A stretch of 48,227 nucleotides of DNA from a candidate division WOR-3 bacterium (lineage in GTDB: Bacteria; SDB-A), in assembly GCA_016934535.1 (NCBI GenBank), contig JAFGSQ010000049.1:1-48227 (forward strand), in the 5' to 3' direction. The translations under genes and the position numbers were made by a program. The notes under the pieces were generated by a model that saw only the letters and a list, made by a program, of their open reading frames with translations, ran no database searches and had not been told where the DNA came from. The stretch's first letter is position 1. Every line of letters starts with the position of its first letter. This document shows, in pieces, positions 18,683-28,410 of this stretch.

Positions 18683-20914
18683 TCAAGGGGCGTTATAAAA
18701 ACGCCCCTTGTAAAATTTCATAGAAAGTGAATTCATAACAACGCTGACAGACGAAAATGACATGGCCAGGGCTGCAAAAACAGGATTTAAAAGCCAGCCG
18801 GTCAGCCAGTAAAAAGCTCCCGCGGCAAGAGGAATACCGAGCAGATTGTAGAAAAAAGCCCAGAAAAGATTCTGTTTTATCTTTTTCATTGTAAATCTCG
18901 AAATATCCAGTGCCGTTATAACATCTCTCAGATCGTCTTTGACGAGAATTATATCGCCCGTTTCTATGGCTATATCTGTTCCGCCGCCGAGAGCGATACC
19001 TATATCGGCGGTAGCCAGCGCCGGGGCATCGTTAATTCCGTCTCCGACCATTGCGATTTTTTTTCCCGAACGTTTTATCTCTTCAATTTTTTTGGATTTT
19101 TCATTTGGCAGAACTTCGGCGAGAACATTTTCAATTCCGGTTTTTTCAGCGATTGAAGATGCCACCCTAAAACTGTCACCCGTTATCATGGACACCTTTA
19201 TTCCTCTGGTTTTTATTATTTTTACAACTTCAGCCGCTTCTTCTCGCACCGGATCGGAAAAAGTGAATATCGAAGCAGGTTTGCCGGACACCGACAACAG
19301 AACTACCGTCGCGTTTCCCGCTGAATCCAGCGTTTCTTTGATCCCTGTGACATCTGTTCCTGACAGCTCATGAAATTTCGGTGTGCCTATGAGTATGTCA
19401 GATCCGCCTATGACTCCTCCGATGCCTTTGCCGGGTGAAATGACAATTTTTTCGACTTCTTTAAACTCTGCATTTTTTTCAACAGCATAAACCGCCAAAG
19501 CTTTCGCAACGGGATGTTCTGATTTGGTTTCCAGTGAAAGCGCATACGAAAGTATTTCTTTCTCGTTAAAGTCACCCAACAAGGTGATGTCGCTCAAGGT
19601 AATTCTGCCTTCAGTAAGAGTTCCTGTTTTGTCGAACACGATTTCTTCGACCTTGAAAGCTTCTTCGAGAGCCTCGCTTTTTTTTATGAGAATGTTTCTT
19701 TTCGCGGCTAAACCCATCCCCATCATCACAGCAGTAGGAGTCGCAAGTCCCAGCGAACAGGGACAGGCGATAATCAGGATTGAAACGAACGAAGTCAGAG
19801 CGAATACAAACGGTTTTCCCAAAATCATCCAGACCGCAAATGAAACAACAGCAATAATAAGCACTGCCGGTACAAAGTAAAACGATATTCTGTCGGCGAG
19901 CAACTGAACGGGTGCTTTTGTGTTAAGGGCTTGATAAACGGTTTTAATTATCTGAGCGAGAACAGTTTCTGAACTCGATTTAGTGGCGGTGAATTTAATG
20001 AAACCGTTTAAGTTGACAGTGCCCCCGATAACTTTGTCTCCAACATTTTTTTCAATCGGAACACTCTCTCCTGTAATTGCCTTTTCGTCTACGTACGAGC
20101 TTCCAAACACTGTTTCGCCGTCAATAGGAATGGTTGTTCCTGGCCTTACCACGACGATGTCGCCCGGTTTTATCGAAAATGTATCAATCTCGATTTCGAC
20201 GCCGTCTTTTTCTATGAAAGCTTTTTTCGGCTGAAGATCTACTAGTTTTCTCACTGCGTCGTGTGTTTTTTTCTTCGCGAGGCTTTCGAGATATTTGCCG
20301 AGAGAAATGAAAACAAGAATAAAAGCGGCGCTTTCGAAATATAGATGATTCATGTGGTTTCCGGAATCTGTCAAAGAATGCAATGAAATGGCTACAGAAT
20401 AGAAATAGGCTGCCAAAGTACCGATTTCAACAAGAGAATCCATGTTCGGATTCCTCATCAAAAGCTTTTTTATTCCCGATGCGTATATATTCCAGTTTAC
20501 AGCCATTATCGCAGTTGTCACGGCGAATTGAAAAATAGCGTTGAACACAGTGTTTATTCTGGGAACATAAAGACCTGCCATAGGACCCATGGCAAGATAC
20601 AAAACAGGCAATGCGAGTATTAACGAAGCGATAAATCTTATAAAGAGTTTTTTTACATCGTCGCTATGCGACTGGTTTGAAAAGGGATAAGCGGATAAAC
20701 CGTTTGTTTTCAACGCCTTATACCCGAGCGAGTTTATTGACAGGATTATATCGTTCTCAGAAAGAAAGACGGGATCGAATTCAAAAAAACCTGTTTCGGT
20801 GGCAAGGTTAACGGCGACAGTGTTTATTCCTTTTTTGGAAGCAATGAATTTTTCAACGCCGGCGGCGCATGAAGCGCATGTCATTCCGGAAATTCTTAAA
20901 GTAGTACTTTGCAT
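18683..20914 (-). CDS. copA: Copper-translocating P1B-type ATPase
   Basis: GMTCASC metal-binding domain, TGES, CPC, DKTGT, EHP, GDGINDAP, YN and MxxSS motifs of P1B-1 ATPases. Confidence 0.93.
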   Translation of the reverse strand: MQSTTLRISGMTCASCAAGVEKFIASKKGINTVAVNLATETGFFEFDPVFLSENDIILSINSLGYKALKTNGLSAYPFSNQSHSDDVKKLFIRFIASLILALPVLYLAMGPMAGLYVPRINTVFNAIFQFAVTTAIMAVNWNIYASGIKKLLMRNPNMDSLVEIGTLAAYFYSVAISLHSLTDSGNHMNHLYFESAAFILVFISLGKYLESLAKKKTHDAVRKLVDLQPKKAFIEKDGVEIEIDTFSIKPGDIVVVRPGTTIPIDGETVFGSSYVDEKAITGESVPIEKNVGDKVIGGTVNLNGFIKFTATKSSSETVLAQIIKTVYQALNTKAPVQLLADRISFYFVPAVLIIAVVSFAVWMILGKPFVFALTSFVSILIIACPCSLGLATPTAVMMGMGLAAKRNILIKKSEALEEAFKVEEIVFDKTGTLTEGRITLSDITLLGDFNEKEILSYALSLETKSEHPVAKALAVYAVEKNAEFKEVEKIVISPGKGIGGVIGGSDILIGTPKFHELSGTDVTGIKETLDSAGNATVVLLSVSGKPASIFTFSDPVREEAAEVVKIIKTRGIKVSMITGDSFRVASSIAEKTGIENVLAEVLPNEKSKKIEEIKRSGKKIAMVGDGINDAPALATADIGIALGGGTDIAIETGDIILVKDDLRDVITALDISRFTMKKIKQNLFWAFFYNLLGIPLAAGAFYWLTGWLLNPVFAALAMSFSSVSVVMNSLSMKFYKGRFYNAP
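18684..18710. terminator. Hairpin at convergent gene ends, likely bidirectional terminator
   Basis: CAAGGGGCGTT-ATAAA-AACGCCCCTTG, an 11-bp perfect stem overlapping the last codons of copA. Confidence 0.6.
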
Positions 20915-20953
20915 TATATTTTCCTTTTAAAAGCAGATTTCCTGTTTAAAATT

Positions 20954-21226
20954 TCAACGGTTGAAAAGTTTTGAGACAGCGAGAACCTCTTCTATCATTT
21001 TATTTTTTGTTTTGGTGCTTCCTGAATCAAAAGCCCTGCCGAAGCATTTTTTAAGGTGACGACGAAGCATCATTTCGTGAGAAGATCTCAGCAGTCCTAT
21101 GACTGCCAGGTTCTGCTGCATAACTGAAATGCATTCTTTGTCGTTTTCGACCATTTCTATTATTTTTTCAACGTGACTGCGGGCTTTTTTCAAATTCAGC
21201 AGTATATTATTTTTATCTTCTTTCAT
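20954..21226 (-). CDS. CsoR/RcnR-family metal-sensing repressor
   Basis: NLKKARSHVEKIIEMVE..ECISVMQQ..RRHLKKC gives the C-H-C ligand set. ATG 21226 follows GGAGGTG. Directly upstream of copA. Confidence 0.88.
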   Translation of the reverse strand: MKEDKNNILLNLKKARSHVEKIIEMVENDKECISVMQQNLAVIGLLRSSHEMMLRRHLKKCFGRAFDSGSTKTKNKMIEEVLAVSKLFNR

Positions 21227-21237
21227 TAACACCTCCA

Positions 21238-21281
21238 CCTATGGTATAGGATAATATAATAATTATTGTGTCGCTCGTCAA
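21238..21281 (-). promoter_or_regulatory. Putative csoR-copA promoter with a downstream inverted repeat (candidate operator)
   Basis: Minus strand TTGACG (21281-21276), 17 nt, TATATT (21258-21253). CCTAT-ggt-ATAGG inverted repeat at 21238-21250 over the expected transcription start. Confidence 0.55.
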
Positions 21282-21375
21282 GATTAATCAGAACAGAAAA
21301 TGAAATTCATTTATTGTCTGATATGTCGATTCTTTGTATAATTCTGTGAAAAATTTCACTAAAAAGGCGATAATT

Positions 21376-21936
21376 CTGAATTTAATTACATTGCTGGCCC
21401 TGTCAGTAGCGCTCGCTTCCGACGCATTCGCGGTTTCTGTCGTTACCGGATTTTCTCATAAAAATTCCGGAAGAACTATGGCTCTTATATTGGCCTTTTA
21501 TTTCGGACTTTTTCAGACTCTGATGCCGGTGGCGGGGTGGATAACGGGCAAATACCTGTTGAATTTATTTTCAAATATTGATCACTGGATCGCTTTTGTA
21601 TTGCTTTTTGCAGTTGGAGTAAAAATGATCTGGGGTGCGTTCAAAAAAAATGAAAAAAATCCCGAAACTCTGAAAAAAGGATACATCATTTTACTCGCTT
21701 TAGCTACAAGCATAGATGCTTTCGCCGTAGGATTGACTTTCGAATTCCTCCTGAAAGGCATAATATTATCAATCACTGTGATCGGCGCAATTACAGCCCT
21801 TTTGACATATTGCGGTTTTTTTCTTGGAAAAAAATTCGGTGAATTCGTTGGAAGAAAAGCGGAAATATTCGGAGGTTTGATTTTAATTGCAATAGGTGTA
21901 AAAATAGTTGTTGAGCATCTTTTAAACGAAGGATGA
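21376..21936 (+). CDS. mntP: Manganese efflux pump MntP
   Basis: ALASDAFAVS, FGLFQTLMP, IDHWIAFVLL, ATSIDAFAVG and AEIFGGLILIAIG. The start is uncertain: CTG 21376 fits the family N-terminus and an AAGG RBS, while the ORF track uses TTG 21334. Confidence 0.9.
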   Translation: MNLITLLALSVALASDAFAVSVVTGFSHKNSGRTMALILAFYFGLFQTLMPVAGWITGKYLLNLFSNIDHWIAFVLLFAVGVKMIWGAFKKNEKNPETLKKGYIILLALATSIDAFAVGLTFEFLLKGIILSITVIGAITALLTYCGFFLGKKFGEFVGRKAEIFGGLILIAIGVKIVVEHLLNEG

Positions 21937-21943
21937 ATTGTTT

Positions 21944-22624
21944 ATGAAATCAGACAGAATATTAATGTCAGGCCTGTTTATTTTGGCAATGTTCCCCGCG
22001 ATCAGTTATTCTCTTCATCCGGAAGAAAAGGCGTTGCTTTCTTCATGGGAGGAATATCAGAAAAGCAATCCCAAAACAGTTGTGTTCGAAAAAGTTTCGG
22101 AAATGACCTATGAGTTCAAAACCGAATTGTTCCCTTTCGATGGAATCGTTAAAGTACTTAACGTTGTCATTGACGAAGATATGCCATCAAACGAAGGATA
22201 CAAGGTAGGATTCATCGAAACGGAGCTTGTCGGAGTCCCGGAAGATTTCTTTGAGAAGCATTATTACAGTTATTCAATATGGCAAAGAGACAACACCCTC
22301 TATTTCAGCGATGAAACAGACAGCTGGATCAGGTTAAGCGATCTGAGCGTTCAATGTAATTCGTGCGCTTATCCGGTTCAACCCCTGACGTCTTTTTTTT
22401 CTGTGCTTTCGGCCTTGTTTCCAGTGGTTGTAATGATCGGAATTCTATTGATTGTCTTTGTCTTATCCATGGTGATTCAAAAGAAAAACAGTAAATACAT
22501 GGAATACGCGAGAAAAGCGACTCAAAGATCTCTCGAAATCGCCGAAAAATCGATTGTGTTGAACGAAGAAAACAATGTCATTCTCAAAGAAATTCTCGAA
22601 GAAATAAAAAAACAGGCAAAATGA
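21944..22624 (+). CDS. Hypothetical exported, membrane-anchored protein
   Basis: Signal-like N-terminus, a CNSC motif, one C-proximal transmembrane helix and a coiled-coil tail. Lies in an operon-like run. Confidence 0.7.
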   Translation: MKSDRILMSGLFILAMFPAISYSLHPEEKALLSSWEEYQKSNPKTVVFEKVSEMTYEFKTELFPFDGIVKVLNVVIDEDMPSNEGYKVGFIETELVGVPEDFFEKHYYSYSIWQRDNTLYFSDETDSWIRLSDLSVQCNSCAYPVQPLTSFFSVLSALFPVVVMIGILLIVFVLSMVIQKKNSKYMEYARKATQRSLEIAEKSIVLNEENNVILKEILEEIKKQAK

Positions 22625-22633
22625 GGAGGAAAA

Positions 22634-23131
22634 ATGGGAGAGAAAGGAATTCAGATACTGAAGATCAACGTAGATCAGCTTTTGAAAATTCTTAACAAGG
22701 CATTTTCAGACGAATGGCTGGCGTATTATCAATACTGGATAGGTTCTAAAGTCGTGAAAGGTCCGATGAAAGAATCTGTCATAGCCGAACTCGTTCAGCA
22801 TTCTGCGGACGAACTGCGCCACGCCGATATGCTCACTCTGAGAATTGTTCAATTGGGAGGAACTCCTGTTCTCAGGCCGGAAGACTGGTATAAAATGACA
22901 AATTGCGGATACGACGCTCCCGAAGACCCTTACGTGAAAAATATCCTTGAACAGAACGTCAAGGGCGAGCGCTGCGCGATAGATACTTATTCGGACATAC
23001 TTGAGCTGACTAAAGACAAGGATCCGGTGACTTACAATATCATTCTGCAGATACTTCAGGATGAAATCGAACACGAAGAGGATCTTCAGGCTCTCTTGGA
23101 AGACTTTGAAATGATGATGAAGAAAAAGTAA
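22634..23131 (+). CDS. Ferritin-like DPS-like (DPSL) protein
   Basis: DEWLAYYQYW, DELRHA, GERCAI and DEIEHEEDL di-iron ligands, with two Cys (TNCGY, ERCAI). AGGAGG RBS. Confidence 0.88.
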   Translation: MGEKGIQILKINVDQLLKILNKAFSDEWLAYYQYWIGSKVVKGPMKESVIAELVQHSADELRHADMLTLRIVQLGGTPVLRPEDWYKMTNCGYDAPEDPYVKNILEQNVKGERCAIDTYSDILELTKDKDPVTYNIILQILQDEIEHEEDLQALLEDFEMMMKKK

Positions 23132-24214
23132 ATGCCTTTCGACATAGCCGTAATAGGAGGAGGTCCGGCGGGAGCGACCTTGGCGAGACTTGTTTCGAAA
23201 AAATTCAAAGTTCTCATCATGGACAAAAAAAATCTTGAATCCGGTTATCCGCAATGTTTATCCGAGGAAAAAAACTGCGGCGGCCTCCTGGCTCCTGACG
23301 CACAAAAAATGCTGGCTAAATTCGGATTGGGTCTTCCGAAAGATGTTCTCGTCGAACCCCAGCTTTTTTCAGTCAAAGCCATAGATATTAAAACCGGTTT
23401 GATGCGGCACTATCAAAGGCATTATATCAACATCGACAGATTAAAATTCGACAGATGGCTTTTATCGCTCGCTTCGGATTCGGTCGAATATGAAACAAGC
23501 GCTTTTTATCTCTCACACTCTGAAAATGACAGAGGTTGCGATATATTTTACAGAAAAAACGGAAATGTAAAGAAGGTCTTTGCGAAAATAGTCGTCGGTG
23601 CCGACGGGGCGTCCTCTTCAGTGAGAAGAAATACTTTTCCCGAAAAGAGGATTAGAAGATATTTATCGGTTCAGGAATGGCACGAAACCGGCGATACGAC
23701 TCCGTATTTTTCTTCAATCTTCGACGGGGAGACGACTGATTTTTATTCATGGACTATTCCGAAAAACGGATCGTTGATTCTCGGCTCTGCTTTCTATGAT
23801 CCCCGCGGAATATCGGAAAAATTTCTTTCTCTAAAGAAGAAACTTGTTGAATTCGGATTTACGTTCAAAAAAGATTTCAGAAATAAAGGGTGTTACCTTG
23901 AAAGGCCGGCAAGTATTTCAGAGCTCGCTTTTTCGAGAGGAAAAACGGCGATGATCGGTGAAGCTGGGGGCTTTATAAGTCCGAGCTCAGCCGAAGGATT
24001 GAGTTACGCGTTCTGGAGCGCCCTGAATTTGTCAAAGAGCCTGGAAGATGGAACAGAGAAGTTTTCCGCGAAGTACGCAAGGAATTCAAGAGGCATAGCC
24101 GCCAACATAGCCGGAAAAATACTTAAATCCCCTTTTATGTTCAATCCTTTCCTCAGGGAGACTATTATGAAATTAAAGTTGAACAGTGTTGAAGTTCTCG
24201 ATGAAAATGTATGA
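23132..24214 (+). CDS. FAD-dependent oxidoreductase, CbrA / geranylgeranyl-reductase-like
   Basis: IGGGPAGA, KNCGGLLAPDAQK, VGADGASS, DFYSW and IGEAGGFISPSSAEGLSYA. Confidence 0.88.
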   Translation: MPFDIAVIGGGPAGATLARLVSKKFKVLIMDKKNLESGYPQCLSEEKNCGGLLAPDAQKMLAKFGLGLPKDVLVEPQLFSVKAIDIKTGLMRHYQRHYINIDRLKFDRWLLSLASDSVEYETSAFYLSHSENDRGCDIFYRKNGNVKKVFAKIVVGADGASSSVRRNTFPEKRIRRYLSVQEWHETGDTTPYFSSIFDGETTDFYSWTIPKNGSLILGSAFYDPRGISEKFLSLKKKLVEFGFTFKKDFRNKGCYLERPASISELAFSRGKTAMIGEAGGFISPSSAEGLSYAFWSALNLSKSLEDGTEKFSAKYARNSRGIAANIAGKILKSPFMFNPFLRETIMKLKLNSVEVLDENV

Positions 24215-24254
24215 ATTTTGTTGGATATAAATCAAATTCAATGAAACAAAACTT

Positions 24255-25289
24255 ATGACTGCTCAAAAAGAAATCGAAAAAAGCGTTCTGATACCCAGCG
24301 CAGCCTACACTGTGAGCAAAAATACCATTAATTCTGTTTCCTGGACTTTAAAAAAACCGTCCGCCGGAGATCTCGTATACTGCATTGTGGATAAAATCGG
24401 TCAGCACACTCAGATAGAAAACAAATCCGGAAGGATACACAGACTCAGGGAGGGGATGGAGATAGTCTGTGTTTTCGGGAACAGATACGCGGCTGATTAT
24501 TACGAAGGGATAGTCCCTCTATCAATGCCTGAGAAAGCGAATGTTCTATCGAGATCGGGAATTATCGGATTAGTCAGAAAAAAGAGTTCCAAAGTGATTT
24601 TTCCCACGGATGTGAAATGTCTGGGTTATATCTCTGACAATTCGGGAAAAACTATAAATACAGCTGATTTCTCTCTAATAAATCCCAGATCCTGCGTCAA
24701 AAAATATCCGAGGGCTAAAATGATACTTGTATGCGGGTCTTCGATGAACTCGGGAAAAACTACGGCGGCGGCGGCGTGCTGTACGGCTCTTTCAAAATCC
24801 GGTAAAAACGTCAGGGCTTCAAAGATAACCGGAACTGCAGGGCTCAAAGATATTCTTCTTATGAACGATTCCGGAGCCAGGAGATTCGCGGATTTCAGTT
24901 TTCTCGGTTACCCATCCACTTATATGCTCGGCGAAGAAGAGCTTTTGAAAATTTTCAACTCCTTAGATTTGAAATACGCCAACAATAAGGAGAATTACTG
25001 GGTGGTTGAAACGGCAGACGGCATAATGCAGAGAGAGACCTCTATTCTTCTGCGTCATGAAACCGTCAGGGAAAGGATACACAGACTTATTTATTGCGCT
25101 CTCGATCCATTAGGCGTCCATGGAGGAATTGAAGTTATGGCTAAAGAATACGACCTAAAACCGGATTTAATATCGGGAGTGGTCTCCGGTTCTCCTGTTC
25201 ACCTCGAGGAATGCGCTGAAATGACCCAAATACCTTTGGTGAACTCAATGTTATTCGATAATGCGTATCTTTTTGAACTCTTGAAATAA
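24255..25289 (+). CDS. DUF1611-like P-loop NTPase
   Basis: FGNRYA..YEG, GSSMNSGKTT, KITGTAGLKD, DF..GYPSTY and ETADGIMQRET. Confidence 0.75.
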   Translation: MTAQKEIEKSVLIPSAAYTVSKNTINSVSWTLKKPSAGDLVYCIVDKIGQHTQIENKSGRIHRLREGMEIVCVFGNRYAADYYEGIVPLSMPEKANVLSRSGIIGLVRKKSSKVIFPTDVKCLGYISDNSGKTINTADFSLINPRSCVKKYPRAKMILVCGSSMNSGKTTAAAACCTALSKSGKNVRASKITGTAGLKDILLMNDSGARRFADFSFLGYPSTYMLGEEELLKIFNSLDLKYANNKENYWVVETADGIMQRETSILLRHETVRERIHRLIYCALDPLGVHGGIEVMAKEYDLKPDLISGVVSGSPVHLEECAEMTQIPLVNSMLFDNAYLFELLK

Positions 25290-25294
25290 AGGAG

Positions 25295-27259
25295 ATGAAA
25301 ATGCAATTCATTATTTTCGCTCTATTGATTTCTGCCGGATATAATGGCGCGTTTTTTCTGCATGATGTATTTTCAGAGGCTTTGGATAGATGCAGATTTC
25401 TGAAAACCGGAATATACGCTGACGAAGAATCCATAGGGATACCAATGATACCGAGCGGATTTCATGCATCATCTTGCGATCAGATCACATTGAGTGAAGA
25501 AACGTTTTCTATAAAAGCTCCCGAAACCTATTATCTCACCGACACTCTCGTAATAACGAGTGACACTTCAATAAACGAGGACATAATAATTTTTCAAAAC
25601 GGTCTGCTTGTTGTCAGTTCGTGTTCGCTCAGAATGAGAGGAGACATCGTACTATCTGACGAAGGCATGATGAAGCTCGATAATGCCGTGTTTTTTCTCG
25701 ACGAATCATACGTGTATCAGTATTCGATAAATTCATACGGGAATTCGTCTTTTGAGGCAGAACATTCAACTCTGAGGTCCAATTCGAAACCCTTTGGATT
25801 CTCACTTTATGACAGCTCATCCACCGTTTTCGACTCTGTACGCATGGACAAGTCATTCATCACTTTTTCATTGACCGGCAAATCTGCGATCGAAATAAAA
25901 GATTCTGACAAAGCCGGCGAATTCGTCCTGTTCACTGAGGATTCTGCTGAACTCAGGATCAAAAATTCCGATTCAGTCCTCGTATGGCTCGGATTTCCGA
26001 TAAATTCATCCGGAACCGTCAGGGGACCTCATTCCCCTTCGATGTTCATAGAGCATTTCAGATATCCGGATACTTCCTGTTCAGGGATAAATTATTCCGT
26101 AGAGATTGACAGTGTCTTTGCACTGTTTTTGGCGACAATGGCCTGCGACAGCACAAACGTTATAGTTTTCGACGTCGATCTCAGGGCGGTAGGGTCTCTT
26201 TTCACTGGGCAGGTCAGCGACACGTTGTCCGGTTTTGTAGACAACACCCATTACGTCGATTTCACGGCGCCTTTTCCAGGAAGGTCTTACAGGCTTGTAA
26301 ATACGAGTGTTCAGTCCTGGAATTTCTATTTCTGGGGGAGACACGACGTGACGCTCAAAAACTCGATTTTCGGAGAATTTCTCTGCGGAGACAGTTCAGT
26401 CGCTTTTTTGAGCAACGTAATCTGCGATGGTTCCGGGGGCCATATAGGAAACGCAGATTCTTCTTTTCTCATATGTGCCCTTTCAAGCTTCTACACAGAC
26501 GCGCTTCTCGAAGGGAAATCTTTATCTCTTTTCTACAATGCCAATTTCTTCTACGGCAGGGTGATAGCCGCAGACAGGTCGCTAGCCATAAGTTACAACA
26601 CAGCGCATTCGACTGCTCCTTTCGCGGAAGATTCCGGGGCGGTATTGATCGCCGGATTTTATCCTCCGGACCCGTGCTGTTCAAACGATTCTGTTCCTAT
26701 ACCCGGCAGTGCATACTGCGTCAGAGCGCCTTTTTCGCCATTCAATTTTGCGGGTTACCGCATTGAATATGCACCTCTGGCAGACACTTTCGAGTTTTTT
26801 GAAGTATCTCCATTCACGGCAAATCCGGTTGTCAACGGCGAGCTTTGTGTTTTCAATACATCCGGGCTCAGCGCCGGTTCATATCTTCTCAGAATGTGGT
26901 ATTTATTCACGGGATACTCCTACTCTGACAGTATGCCGTTCACGGAAGATATCGAAATCATTGAAGGGACAGGCACTGAAGAACTCAAAGATACTGAACC
27001 CCCGAAGATTTTTTCCGTGTCCTGTCTACGTGGCGCGATTCAAATCGATTTTCAGCTCTTGTATCCGGAAGAAGTAGGATTTATTATATTCGACGCCGCA
27101 GGCAGAAAGGTTCTGGAAAAGGAAAAAAGATACTTCTCTTTGGGTCGACACAGTGAAAGGTTGATGACGGAAAGATTTTCGAGCGGAATCTATTTTGTCT
27201 CGATCTCTTTTAGCGGGACGAAACTCTTGACTGAGAAAATACTTTTGTTTGATAATTGA
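25295..27259 (+). CDS. Secreted protein, probably beta-solenoid-rich, with a T9SS-A-like C-terminal domain
   Basis: AAGGAG RBS and signal peptide. Ser/Asp-rich beta-like repeats. C-terminal GTGTEE..IIFDAAGRKVL..SSGIYFVSI..TEKILL. Confidence 0.78.
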   Translation: MKMQFIIFALLISAGYNGAFFLHDVFSEALDRCRFLKTGIYADEESIGIPMIPSGFHASSCDQITLSEETFSIKAPETYYLTDTLVITSDTSINEDIIIFQNGLLVVSSCSLRMRGDIVLSDEGMMKLDNAVFFLDESYVYQYSINSYGNSSFEAEHSTLRSNSKPFGFSLYDSSSTVFDSVRMDKSFITFSLTGKSAIEIKDSDKAGEFVLFTEDSAELRIKNSDSVLVWLGFPINSSGTVRGPHSPSMFIEHFRYPDTSCSGINYSVEIDSVFALFLATMACDSTNVIVFDVDLRAVGSLFTGQVSDTLSGFVDNTHYVDFTAPFPGRSYRLVNTSVQSWNFYFWGRHDVTLKNSIFGEFLCGDSSVAFLSNVICDGSGGHIGNADSSFLICALSSFYTDALLEGKSLSLFYNANFFYGRVIAADRSLAISYNTAHSTAPFAEDSGAVLIAGFYPPDPCCSNDSVPIPGSAYCVRAPFSPFNFAGYRIEYAPLADTFEFFEVSPFTANPVVNGELCVFNTSGLSAGSYLLRMWYLFTGYSYSDSMPFTEDIEIIEGTGTEELKDTEPPKIFSVSCLRGAIQIDFQLLYPEEVGFIIFDAAGRKVLEKEKRYFSLGRHSERLMTERFSSGIYFVSISFSGTKLLTEKILLFDN

Positions 27260-27307
27260 TAAAAAGCACGCAAAATGTAACATCCCTGAGACAAAAGGAG
27301 AAAAGAA

Positions 27308-28342
27308 ATGAGGATTCTGGTTACCGGCGGGTCGGGTTTTTTAGGCATAAACATGATAAGAAAACTTATAGAAAAAAATTGCCGCGACATAGTTTCTTTT
27401 GACATAGAACCTTTCGACTATCCTGAAAAAAACTCTGTGAAAGCAATTCTCGGGGACATTAGAGATGCTGAAACCGTGACGAAAGCGTTCGATGGTGTGG
27501 ACCAGGTAATCCACTGCGCGGCGGCTCTGCCCCTTTATAAAAAGCAGGATATTTATTCAACCGATGTTGACGGGACCAGGATTTTGCTTGAAGAAGCGCA
27601 CAAAAGGAAAATCGACAGGTTCATTCACATATCGACGACTGCAGTATACGGAGTTCCGGATCATCATCCCATTATGGAAGACGACAGTCTTTCAGGCGTC
27701 GGCGACTATGGAAAAGCGAAAATTCTGGCTGAAAAAGTATGTTTTGAATTCAGGGAAAAAGGCATGTGTGTACCGGTTTTGAGACCAAAATCGTTTATAG
27801 GGCCGGAGCGTCTCGGAGTTTTTACTCTATTTTACGATTGGGCTCTCGACGGCAGGAACTTTCCTCTGATAGGAAAAGGAAAAAACAGATACCAGCTGCT
27901 CGATGTCGAAGATTTCTGTGACGCGATTCAAATATGCGTCGAAAAAGACAAAAACACGGTCAACGACACTTTCAACATCGGTGCGAAAGTGTTCGGTACA
28001 ATGAAGGAAGATTATCAGGAGGTTCTAGACGAGGCAGGATTCGGCAAAAAGATAATAACTCTGCCCGACAAACCGGTTGTTGCCGCTTTGAAAATGCTCG
28101 AATTTTTCAAAATTTCGCCTTTATACATGTGGGTTTACGAAACAGCGAGCAAAGATTCATTCGTCAGCATTGAAAAAGCGGAGAAAAAAATCGGCTACGC
28201 GCCCCGTTTTTCAAATAAAGACGCTCTTTTGAGAAATTTCAGATGGTACAAAGACAATCAGGTGTCTTTTGTAAAAACTGGAGTTTCGCACAGAGTCCCT
28301 TGGAGTCAGGGAGTGCTCAAACTCGCAAAACTCGCATTTTAA
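27308..28342 (+). CDS. NAD-dependent epimerase/dehydratase (extended SDR)
   Basis: ILVTGGSGFLG, HCAA, ISTTAVYG and YGKAK (YxxxK). Confidence 0.93.
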   Translation: MRILVTGGSGFLGINMIRKLIEKNCRDIVSFDIEPFDYPEKNSVKAILGDIRDAETVTKAFDGVDQVIHCAAALPLYKKQDIYSTDVDGTRILLEEAHKRKIDRFIHISTTAVYGVPDHHPIMEDDSLSGVGDYGKAKILAEKVCFEFREKGMCVPVLRPKSFIGPERLGVFTLFYDWALDGRNFPLIGKGKNRYQLLDVEDFCDAIQICVEKDKNTVNDTFNIGAKVFGTMKEDYQEVLDEAGFGKKIITLPDKPVVAALKMLEFFKISPLYMWVYETASKDSFVSIEKAEKKIGYAPRFSNKDALLRNFRWYKDNQVSFVKTGVSHRVPWSQGVLKLAKLAF

Positions 28343-28352
28343 ATACTACCGT

Positions 28353-28381
28353 TTTAAAAATCAGGAATATTCCTGTATAAT
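28353..28381 (+). promoter_or_regulatory. Putative promoter with a perfect 14-bp palindrome in the spacer
   Basis: TTTAAA-17 nt-TATAAT (28376-28381), with CAGGAATATTCCTG at 28362-28375. Confidence 0.5.
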
Positions 28382-28410
28382 AAACGAAATGTCACGGGCA
28401 AAGTGATTTT

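Noticed and set aside
21282-21375. yybP-ykoY manganese riboswitch upstream of mntP
   Set aside because: The region is short, AT-rich and occupied by promoter-like boxes, with no multi-stem structure visible.
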